In this document: positions 13,560 to 25,424 of the stretch, one piece after another
Position numbering within the stretch: position 1 is the first letter of the stretch
Layout: each line of letters opens with the position of its first letter
DNA from: Octopus vulgaris
Taxonomy: Eukaryota
Assembly: GCA_951406725.2 (NCBI GenBank)
Contig: OX597814.1
Coordinates: 132,246,001 to 132,310,000 of the forward strand
Length of the DNA stretch: 64,000 nucleotides
Direction of reading: 5' to 3'
Position numbers and translations under genes: made by a program
Notes under the pieces: generated by a model
The model's input: the letters and a program-made list of their open reading frames with translations, nothing else
The model's database searches: none
Told to the model about the DNA's origin: nothing

Positions 13560-14330
13560 TTAGTTTGCCGATCAACATATTAATTTTATCAAGCAGAACT
13601 TTTTGCTTGTCTAGATATTAGCAGAAACAGCTAGATCGAATTTATGAGAGGCACATCCAATCAATGGTATTCTACAGAAATTCGCTATAGATTTGTTCAC
13701 TTCGGTATTACCTCCGGTAATAGCTACAACATTTTCTAAATTTTTGTTATAAACACTTAACACATACTCTATAAATTCGACATAATAAGATTCAGTGAAT
13801 GATGTCTCACTTACCATTGGCGTAAATGCCAGCAAAACAGTACAATAGTCATTTTTGTAATTGTACAAAAAAAGTGCAAAAGGTCTAACGAAATGCGTCG
13901 AACTCTTAGTCCAACCGGCGATTACCAACGACAATTTACTCGGAATTCATCAGATATTTTCTTTTCCACCTCTTGTGTAAGTCTCTCCATGTATTTCTTT
14001 AGGGTCACATTTGTCATACTTCCCAAGTTTGTATACTTACGAGTCAGTGGGTCTTTAGTAAAGAAAAGTGGTTTTGAAACAACACATATCAACTCAATCT
14101 AACCGTAAACGTTTAAGGAACCTCGATGAAGATGGTTGTCCTGGTGCTTGTGTAGTAGAATACTCTGGATGCTGGTTTTTTTATATCATTCATAAGATTT
14201 GTCCATCCAGTTCCATTTTTGTGGGTCGACTTTTTCCAACACCTGCATTTCCATACATGTTCACTGTCTATTTGGTCAAAATATTTTCGACGATTTGCTC
14301 GTTTTCATGCAGCATGGGTTAGTTTAAAAT
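13560..14330 (-). mobile_element. hAT-superfamily transposase remnant
   Basis: BED-like finger WKCRCWK..GTGWTNLM....QHPEY; TLKKYMERLT; LVIAGWT (DGWT site); AITGGNTEVN (GDN site); LIGCASHKFDLAV (CxxH). Confidence 0.75.
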
Positions 14331-15062
14331 AAAAGCTATTTCGACACCCCACTGGTGAAAGTCTTGTAACGGGTGCGATGTTGAAGAAGGGGAGGATGAT
14401 GTGAATGTCGATGTGATGGATTTCAAGGAAATAAAGACAGTGGACGAAGTTGATGTTGTCTCCAAATTTTATTTACCGTTACTTCTTATGCACAGACAAG
14501 CCACGACCGGCAGGCGTGTATAAAATAATCGAGAGTCAATTTTTCTTTGTATGAGAGTATATAATGTTCCTATCGTTGTCGTAGCCCGAAAGAGATAGAC
14601 AGAGTGATGTTTGTTAGAACGGCGCTTGTGAACAAGTGAAAGACAGGTGTGGAAAGTTGTATGGTGAAATATCATAGCCGCCGATCGCCACGCGGGAACG
14701 TTTTTACTCTCCCTCTGTCATTTTGCCTCTAGTAGTCTGCTTAAAACTGATTGTATTTATAAGTATGCAGACCAGCTAGAAAAGAAGATATACTGTTCTA
14801 ACAATGGTTAAATTAATGTAGGTCATTCATTATCTATCTCATCTTTTCATGGCATAGAAAAGATAGAGAGCCAAGTGGAAATCACATAAATCTGTGTTCC
14901 TCCTAGCCGTATGGTGAGGGAGAATTTCTAGATTCGATTTCGAATCTCAGGTAGGACCGATCGAGGTCTCCTCAGTCTCTACAGTCAGATTCAGCTAATA
15001 TGTTGGAGCGGAATACAAGATATAACCGCGCTGTAGGCGATGTTACGATTTAATGACTTGAA

Positions 15063-15380
15063 GACAGAGTGTGCAACTCATTCTCGGCAGTCAGAATTAA
15101 GAATCACTCCACAGTGATTATTTGACAACATACACAATAGCCAATTCCTAAACACGACAGAATGTGTGAATCATTCTCGGTAGTCCTAACCAAGTGTCAA
15201 CACTCGACAGCGGTTATATGACAAAATACACAATAGCCAATTTTCAAGTATGATAGAATGTGTATCATTCTCAGCAGTCTGAATCAAGCATCAACACTTG
15301 ACAACATACATAATAGTCAATTCCAAAGCACGACAGAATATGAATCATTCTCAGCAGTCAGAAGAAAGCGTCAATACAAT
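15063..15380 (+). repeat. Diverged minisatellite, about 80-95 bp unit, about 3.5 copies
   Basis: Units start near 15063, 15156, 15251 and 15332 with gacagaatgtg..tcattctc(a/g)gcagtc and gacaacatacacaatagccaatt. Confidence 0.85.
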
Positions 15381-16454
15381 TCCTCAAATCATAAGAGAAC
15401 GATGTATTTGCTAATTGAACGTAGAATGAAGTATGAACTATTTGAAATGTTGCAACTAACTGCAATTAAATGCAATTGATATGATAGCAAATATTATTTA
15501 ATTGGCAGTACGACTCCAATCAGATAATTGGACAAATATTGCAATTAATTTTTTTCACCAACTAATTTTTTCTACATCCCCTGGTTGGAGGGAATATTAT
15601 GAATTTAAAATATTCAAATTACGGAAGGTAATGATTATCCCCATAGTATCTCTAAGTAAGGAAAGAACAACAATGAAAACCTACCCACAGCTAATAGATT
15701 TAACAGGTGATTCACTCTAATAATAATGAAGCTTTAGATATGTCCTGGTTTCCTTGACCTTTTATGTAGTTATGCAGCTTTCAGCAATTGAATTCGTTTC
15801 CGATAAGTGATACAATACCATCCGATTTATTATTTTACCGGAAGAATATTATTCCGTAGTTTAGTTTGTTCCTCCTTAATATATTTATGAGTTTTAATTA
15901 TTTCATGCATTACGATTTATCATTGGTTATTTCACTACATGTGATTAATATCATATATAAGCCATTTCAAAGTAGACAGTTTCATTAAGAATTAATATTT
16001 CATTAAAAACGAATATTACGGACTCATACTTTATTTGAAAAACTGTACTTAAATCTAAAGTTCTCATCAACTCAACAAGAATCATAATGGACCTAACTAA
16101 AGTAAGTGATAATACATTAATGATATTATATGACATTTTTATATATTTTACTTATTTCTGTCTGTCTACATACACGAATATATTTATTTTTAAATGACGT
16201 TGAAAAAAGTCATCGTGTTTTAACTATATTGCATGAAATGTTCCAATATACATAAAGAAGCACCTATTCAAGATCAACTGTGGTTGTTTGCTTGCTTCAT
16301 GTAGGTGACGGAGTTTTAACGAAATATTTCATTTGCATATTGGAAAACATCTTCATTCAAATTTTTCTTAGTTACAAAATAATCAGGAAGAAGCGGTATT
16401 ATATAAATGTAATATGGAGAATATATAAGGTAACAAGCTGTCGGAGTCGTAAGT

Positions 16455-16630
16455 ACACCGGGCAAAATGCTTAGCGGCATTTCGTCCGTTTTTACGTTCT
16501 GAGTTCGAATTCCGCCGAGGTCCACTTTGCCTTTCATCCTTTTGGGATAAGTACCAGTTGAACACTGGGATCGATGTAATCGATTAACCTAACCCAAAAC
16601 TGCCAGCCTTGAGCCAAAATTTGAAACCAA
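16455..16630 (+). mobile_element. MetaSINE-like tRNA SINE
   Basis: gagttcgaattccgccgaggtccactttgcctttcatcc. Confidence 0.8.
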
Positions 16631-17257
16631 TATGAAGAATATTTCTTAGTGCTTGAAAAGTCTTATCTATGGAGCAACGTCGGAAATATAATCTATGTAC
16701 CTTTTCCTTTACATTAATACTATCTTCAAAGCTCCTCAGCAAATCTCTAGATACATATCATATCCTTATGCTCATAACTGAGAAAATTGCATGAGGCGGG
16801 ATTTGAACCAACCAACGATAGTAAACAAAGCAGAGTAGCTACTCAGCTGAGTGATGTATTCGGAAAAAAATGTATTCCTAGTATTCATATTACACTTAGA
16901 TTTATAAATCAATTGTTTGAAAAATAATACAAACAATATAATAATTTTTGACAAAACATTATGATTTATATTTCGTTCCATAGTTTATTAGTGACACCTT
17001 TTAAGGTCTATTTTTGTATCTATAATAGATTATGTCTCCGAATTCGTTCCATAGTTTATTTCTCATTTGCCCTAAGTCTAACATAAAATTTCGGAAGCTA
17101 TGGAAATTTTGCATTGTACGATTAAGTTTTCATTTGATTATTTCGAAAAATTAAAACATAGAACACTATAATTTACTTTCTTTACATAAAAGAAAAGTAA
17201 AAAAACAAAAAACAAAAACAAATCGGAAAATGTCCTCCATATTATTCCAAGAGTAAT

Positions 17258-17830
17258 ATTCTTTACTCTAGGCTCAAAGCCCGACATTTTTGGGAGGGGG
17301 CCAGTCGATTAGATTGACCTCAGGATGCAACTGCTACTCAATTTATCGACTACAAAAGTCGACCTCGGCGGAATTAGAAATCAGAACGTAAAGACAGACG
17401 TGTTCCAAGGGTAATATTGTTTAAAGTGTAGGGCGGCGAGCTGGCAGAAACGTTAGCACGCCAGACGAAATGCTTAGCAGTATTTCGTCTGCCGCTACGT
17501 TCTGAGTTCAAATTCCGCCGAGGTCTACTTTGCCTTTCATCCTTTCGGGGTCGATTAAATAAGTACCAGTTACGCACTGGGATCGATATAATGGACTTAA
17601 TTCGTTTGTCTGTCCTTGTTTGTCCTCTCTGTGTTTAGCCCCTTGTGGGTAGTAAAGAAATAGCTATTTCGTCTATCTTTATGTTCTGAGTTCAAATTCC
17701 GCCGAGGTCGACTTTGCCTTTCATCCTTTCGGGGTCGATTAAATAGTACGAGTTGCGTTTTGGGGTCGATCTAATCGACTGGCTCCCTCCCCAAAAATTT
17801 AGGGCCTTGTGCCTAGAGTAGAAAAGAATC
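17258..17830. mobile_element. SINE cluster: minus copy (17258-17400) plus a tandem dimer on + (17431-17830)
   Basis: Core gagttcaaattccgccgagg occurs twice on + and once reverse-complemented. Confidence 0.85.
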
Positions 17831-18179
17831 TTGTATATAGTGTTTTAAACAATACTCATTTAAAAAATAAAAATTACACACATTTTAAAAATTTCAATGA
17901 AAATAAACATTTTTTTCTTTGCTATAAGCGAATGAAGCTAAAAACTTTCATAGTATTCCTGCAGTATACACAATATTTCTACAGACGGTGGTGACACTGA
18001 GAATGGTGTTGAATTTTTGTCGAGGGAGGCAGTCAATTAGATCGACCCCAGTACGCAAGTGGTACTTCATTTATCGACCCCGAAAAGATGAAAGGCAAAT
18101 TTGTCAGGAACATCGTGTTCACTTCCTTTAATTACGGGATATAAAACAACTGAAATTTATAATTTACCTATAATAAGAT

Positions 18180-18350
18180 GCAGGCGCGGATATGTGGTAA
18201 GAAGCTTGCTTCCCAACCACATAGTTTTGGGTTTGGTTTCATTGCGTGAAATCTCAGGCGAGTGCACTCTTCTATAGCCCCGGACCGACAAAATCCTTGT
18301 GAGTAGATTTCGTAGATGGAAACTGAAAGAAGCCCGTTGTATGTGTATAT
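18180..18350 (+). mobile_element. tRNA/CORE-type SINE, 5' half (3' half at about 18865-18960)
   Basis: ggcgcggatatgtggtaagaagcttgcttcccaaccaca...gaaactgaaagaagcccg. Confidence 0.75.
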
Positions 18351-18469
18351 ATGAATCAATATAAACAGTTAGACGCAACATAATACCATACAGAAAATTT
18401 TTTATCATCACTAATTGTGATTGAAGGTGACGAAACGTGTGTTTGTCTTTGTATCAATGTTTATCTCCA

Positions 18470-18555
18470 ATCAATATTCGACAACTGGCGTCGGTATAAT
18501 TATATGCCCGGTGGGCTACTAACCCCAAGATTCCGAGTTCGATTCCAAGCAGTGA

Positions 18556-18636
<81 letters not shown>

Positions 18637-18858
18637 CAACAACAACAACAACAAAAACAACAACAACAACAACAGCAACATCGAAAAATACCTTAGGAAT
18701 GAGAAGTCAGGTTCGAAATTTCCCCTGCAGAAGGCTGGAGAGTATATCAGCCGAAACGTTGTGTTAATAACAAACAAGATGAGGACAAATATCCGTCAAA
18801 TGTAAATAATGTAAATAATGCACATAATCCCTCATCTCTTAAATAATATAGAACTGTG
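18470..18858 (+). mobile_element. tRNA-headed SINE-like element with (AAT/AAC)n spacer and hammerhead-like tail
   Basis: gggctactaacccc hairpin plus B-box gagttcgattcc; tail ctgcagaaggctg...cagccgaaacgtt; second copy of the tail at 53975-54140 (-). Confidence 0.6.
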
Positions 18859-19121
18859 TTATAAAGTGCAGGGGTCGAGTCATTCGACTAAAATTTTTTC
18901 GAGGCGACGCTCCAGCATGGCCTCCGTCTAATGACTGAAACAAGTAAAAGATAAAAGATTATTCTTGAAAAGTAGAGCGTATCAGCTTTTATCCTGTACA
19001 CCCTCACCAATATATAAATTAAGTAATAAAGCAAGTGACTATGTTGACCTAGGATATCAATCGTGACTACTGCTGCACCTACTTTCTATACTATACTCCG
19101 CTTTAATTTCACTCATGTTGC

Positions 19122-19811
19122 ATGAATAGTAACTGCTACTGCTGTGGTAAGCTTTTTGTCAATAAGTCTGGCGTACATTACATTTTATCATATTGTTTAA
19201 CGCTTTTAATATGTCTTTTAGAAAATAAAATGTTTCACTTAACAGAAATACTTTCTGTCTCACAGGTACTTATCCGGTTTGTGTTATTCCTCTTCTGCAA
19301 CGCCATCTTGTTCATAATTTCGGCGTCATTTACGACCAAATGCAAAATACCAACAGATTTGAAAGTCCGATACGAGAGACTCTCCAGTGCAGCCGTTGGC
19401 AATACATTTTTTCTATCAGCTGAAATGGCTTCAACTGGAAGTAGAGAGCCAAAGCTGATCGAAGGTGATAAATTTTACCCAAAATCTTCTCTTTCTACTG
19501 ATATTATCCTTGAACGTTCAACCTGCCCATGGTACCTGACTACTATTTATGATTCAACAGTTTTCCCTCCATCACGTACTGAAGTAGTATGTCGCTATGG
19601 AGACTGTCTAGACCTTGACAACAATCATCAATGTGTAACAGTATACAATAAAATGTCTGTCCTCAAACGTACAGGTGAATGCGTCAATGGATTGTATGAG
19701 TACAAACCAAGTTTGATTGAAGTAGCCACAGCTTGTGTATGTGCACGGAAGTTACATAATATTAATGGGGGAAATGAGAGCCAACATGCAACGAAAAATG
19801 AACCAAAATAA
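19122..19811 (+). CDS. IL17: Interleukin-17-like cytokine, divergent paralog, probably two exons
   Basis: RSTCPW, EVVC...C, C..V, VLKR..EC.G, EVATACVCA cystine-knot motifs; hydrophobic signal VLIRFVLFLFCNAILFIISA; donor gtaagc at 19147; 5' structure uncertain. Confidence 0.9.
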   Translation: MNSNCYCCGKLFVNKSGVHYILSYCLTLLICLLENKMFHLTEILSVSQVLIRFVLFLFCNAILFIISASFTTKCKIPTDLKVRYERLSSAAVGNTFFLSAEMASTGSREPKLIEGDKFYPKSSLSTDIILERSTCPWYLTTIYDSTVFPPSRTEVVCRYGDCLDLDNNHQCVTVYNKMSVLKRTGECVNGLYEYKPSLIEVATACVCARKLHNINGGNESQHATKNEPK

Positions 19812-19939
19812 CAAGATATAAACTGTGTTATTCAGAATATGAATATGAAGCATTTCATGGACCGCCATGAAGTTATTATAAAGTTCTTATATATATATAC
19901 ACATACAAACATGCTTACCTATATACGTATACATATATG

Positions 19940-19975
<36 letters not shown>

Positions 19976-20019
19976 TGTGTGTGCGTGTGTGTGTATGTGT
20001 AATGAGTGTGTCTATATTT

Positions 20020-20234
20020 CTTTTACTCTCTTACTCTTTTACTTGTTTCAGTCATTTGACTGTAGCCAAGCTGGGGCACCGCATTTAGTCGAGCAAATCG
20101 ACCCCAGGACTTATTCTTTGTCAGCCTAGTACTTATTCTATCGGTCCCTTTTGCCGAACCGCTAAGTTACGGGGACGTAAACACACCAGCATCGTTTGTC
20201 AAGCGATGCTGGGGGACAAACACAGACACACAAA

Positions 20235-20284
<50 letters not shown>

Positions 20285-20375
20285 CATATACATGATGGGC
20301 TTCTTACAGTTTCCGTCTGCCAAATCCACTCACAAGGCTTTGGTTGGCCCGAGGCTATAGCAGAAGACACTTGAA
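20020..20375 (-). mobile_element. tRNA/CORE-type SINE, 5'-truncated
   Basis: Reverse complement of the family at 2805 and 47865, with internal (CA)n. Confidence 0.8.
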
Positions 20376-22619
20376 CTACTTGAAACCTATTTAATAGTCT
20401 TATAGAGACAACGGATATCACAAAACCAATCTGAGCAGCAACATCGTATACAGTACGCTTCACAGCACATAATGCAATCTCACTATATTTCTACATAAAC
20501 GCTCACACTCATTCCTATTTTTTATTTAGAACGCTTTCGACTATTATCCACTTTCTCACTTATAACCTATCTAGACTTCACAGAACATAAAAATCTAAAA
20601 TTACAGTCATAACAATTGTTAGCGTACTGGTTTAATTACTAGATTTCGAACCTCTCACGTAATGAATTTTGTTGTTTTAGAGCACTACACTTAAAAATAT
20701 ATACTAGTTATTTAAGGTTTACTTAATCTACATTTCCTCCGTCTTTTCAAACACTTCCGTTGTTGGTTTCAAAGAATTTTCAGATTTAAATGTAATAACA
20801 CCGATGTCAACTTTACTAAACAACATCTTGTCATCGATAAAATGTCTATAGAACAACAACGAGGGACGTTAAAATAGCTATAATATTCTCAAATATAACC
20901 CCCACATATGATATTAGATATGTAGTTTAATTTATATTGTAATTTAAATGAAAACTAAATTGACAGGCAGGATCTCACTTACACATATAATGTAGAAGCA
21001 TAGCATTATATATATATTTATATACTCTTTTCTCTGTATGCATGTATATACAAACACACATACACACGCACACACAGACACACACTCACACACACTTGTG
21101 TATTAAGGCTACCGTTGGTTTCATGGTAAGAAAATGTCTTAGTATTTTTCCAAACCAATCGCATGGAGAAATATATGTCCGTCTCCATTTTGGATGAAAA
21201 CACGAAAAATCACGGGAATTCAAATCACAAATGTACGAATATCAAACATACCCAAGATATCGCAAAGTATAAAGAAACTTATTCAACACAAGGGAAATAA
21301 CCAGCCCAAAGTTGTTACCCAACAGTCGTCCACCTTGCTTTCTTGTTTTTTATGTACGATTGCAAATTCCTCCGTTTGATTGGCTTGAAAAGTTGCTGAG
21401 TTGTTTTCTTAACATGAAATAGATATTCGCTTCAATGCAGAAATAAAGAATCATTATCCACCGAATACATCGTTGAGCACTCAATACCATTTGTTCGAAA
21501 TTTATATGCACGCATGTGAGTGTGTGTGTGTGTGTATTTAAGCGCACGTGTGTGCGTGTTTAAGCGCGTGTGTGTGTGTTTAAGCGCGTGTACAGTGTGT
21601 ATCTATCTATCTAGACGTCTGTTTGTGCGTGCGCGCGTGTGTATGCGTGCGCGCGTGTGTGCATGTGCCTGACAATTATCTATCACTATGTTTGCATAAT
21701 GATTAAAAATATGTCATATTTTTTATGAGAAATAATATATTATTCACGTGTTTTTTATAGTAATTTATTTTCTCATTGAAATTGTATTAAAAATATTATT
21801 TCGATAACATGACATGCAACACATCGGTTTTATTTTCTTTCCTTAAAGATTTGTTTCGCTGACACACGACGGACAGAGCATTATATCTATATTTTGAGTT
21901 CATTTCGAAATATTTAATGAATTACGTTAGCTTCAGTTGTCGTATATATTTCATGCAGCGTCGTAACAATTACGTATGAAGCAACAATAATAAAACTTGT
22001 TTATTGATGTTTTGGGGGGATTCAGTGGGGGTTTCTTGTTTGTTGTTCATTTTCTTTTTTTTTTTTTGCAAACAAGAAACCCCCACTAAGTTCCGGGGCA
22101 TTTGTCTGCCTATAGTTGCGCTGTCTCACTTAATTGTGAGAACTGTGTTGGTTTTTTTTTTTGGGGGGGGGTGTATCTTGCCTCCAAAGATAGTGGAATT
22201 TTTTCACCAATTTTTGGTGAAATTTGTAGAAGCTGTGTTCTTGTTGCTACTGGAGTGCTTGTTGGCCTGGAGTTCCCAGTGGCCGGAAAATTTGTGCCTG
22301 CTGTGTTCTTGAACTGTCTTCTTTCCTTCTTCCTTCTTTTTTGTGACTTTCTTTTGAAATTTTTTCTTCCAAGAACATGGTGAAGAAACAATACACTGTG
22401 TTGGAGTGGGAGATTGTTCCACCCAAAGAGTGGGTGAAATATTTGGAAGAGAGGACAGTGGTGTTGAGGACATACTCAAAGTCGCTCGACAGCATCACCG
22501 TCTTAAAGAAAATTGTGATTGAGCAAGAGTTGGCAGAGTATCTGCCAGCCATAAAATTTTTTCCATGGGTGCCAAATATGCAACGGCGTGGTTGCTGTTT
22601 GATACCCCTGAGCCCTTGG

Positions 22620-22900
22620 AGAGCAAGGAAATTAGTTCCCTCATTGATACGGTGTATACTTTCAGTGATGATATCAGAATGGAGTTTGGACTGAAAATGA
22701 GTGCTGTATTCGTCTTGAAGAGAGGTAAAATCAAATGTATGGATTGGCTAGCGATACCGCCGGGGGAGGCTATGAAGCAAATAGAAGAGACGGGCTGTAA
22801 GTATTTGGGGATACTGGAAATGGATAAATTGGGGAGAAAGGAATGACAGAACAATTTAACGTGGAGTACTTGCACAGATTGAAACTTAACCTTAAGTCGA
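22620..22900 (+). mobile_element. Dong/R4 RT fragment
   Basis: SLIDTVYTFSDDIRMEFGL..KRGKIKCMD..YLGILEMD, homologous to 6900-7150. Confidence 0.85.
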
Positions 22901-22992
22901 ATCAAATATTAGCTTCAAAACGTACAGCTCATTGGAGGAAGCACTTTATTTCGTTCTCTAGAAAAGATTAGTATAAAAATATTACACAGTCA

Positions 22993-23963
<971 letters not shown>

Positions 23964-24102
23964 AAAGAGATAATGGTGTCATTGAGACCCAAAGGTGTCA
24001 GGTAATGCTGCATAAGTGCTATAGACAGGCCATAGTTAAGTTCCAGGTTCGGTAATATTGCGAATAAAGGGTTCAACGTTGGTTCTATGTCAGCGTGTGT
24101 AT

Positions 24103-24395
24103 ATAAGAATTTTTTGCGTAATAAGACAAAAAAACCAAGGCTGTATAGATATTAGACTGTTTATAGATAGAAGGTCTTACAGCTGTTTCTAGGATATTAA
24201 TTAATAATATCCCTTCATCGGAGAGGGTGTGAGAGGAAAATTATGACTTAATTTTCCTCTCACACCGTCTCCGATGAAGGGATATCATTAATTAATATCC
24301 TAGAAACAGCTGTAAGACCTTCTATCTATAAATGGTCTAATTTATATATATGGTCTAATACAGCCTTTTTTTTCTTATTACGCAAAAAGTTCTTA
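24103..24395. mobile_element. Hairpin PLE pseudo-LTR unit; single-arm copy at 31070-31230
   Basis: About 140-bp inverted arms centred near 24245. Confidence 0.75.
24267..24318 (+). ncRNA. Minimal hammerhead fold (mirror 24174-24224 -, degenerate copy 31138-31189 -)
   Basis: gtct CCGATGA a-gggatat...atatcct-a GAAA cagctg TA agac; palindromic stem III ACAGCTGT. Confidence 0.7.
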
Positions 24396-24414
24396 TATAT
24401 ATATAATAAAATCT

Positions 24415-24600
24415 TGCATGGCTGTGTGATAAGAGCATTGCTTCCCAATAACATAGTTCCGGGTTCAGTCCCACTGCTTGCCATCTTGGATAAGTACCTT
24501 CTACTCGTGCATCGGGCCGATTCAGAACTTTGCGACTGATTTTGATTGAAGGAAACTGGAACACCCTGTCGAACGTACGATGGGCTTTTGTTTGTTTGTA
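24415..24600 (+). mobile_element. tRNA/CORE-type SINE head
   Basis: tggctgtgtgataag...ccgggttcagtcccactg. Confidence 0.7.
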
Positions 24601-24701
24601 TGCATGCGTGTATACACACACACACATATATATGCATAGGTATGCACATATATGTATGTATATATGCATATATATGTATATATACACATATATATATACA
24701 T

Positions 24702-25219
<518 letters not shown>

Positions 25220-25224
25220 CCATG

Positions 25225-25380
25225 GTTTCTTTCAGTTTCTGTCAACAAAATTCACTCACAAGGCTTTGGTCGGCCCGAAGCTATTGTAAAAGATACTTGC
25301 TCGAGGTGCCACGTAGTGGGACCGAACCCAGAACCATGTGTTTGGGTAGCAAACTTCTTAACACAAAGCCACGGCAGGCA
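25225..25380 (-). mobile_element. tRNA/CORE-type SINE head
   Basis: Reverse complement of gtggctttgtgttaagaag...ggttcggtcccactacgtggcacctcg. Confidence 0.7.
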
Positions 25381-25424
25381 CACAAACGTTTATATATATG
25401 TTATGCTCATCTGTTATAGGGGTG

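Noticed and set aside
15063-15380. Repeat-spacer-like pattern considered as a CRISPR array
   Set aside because: Whole units are homologous, there are no unique spacers or cas genes, and the context is eukaryotic
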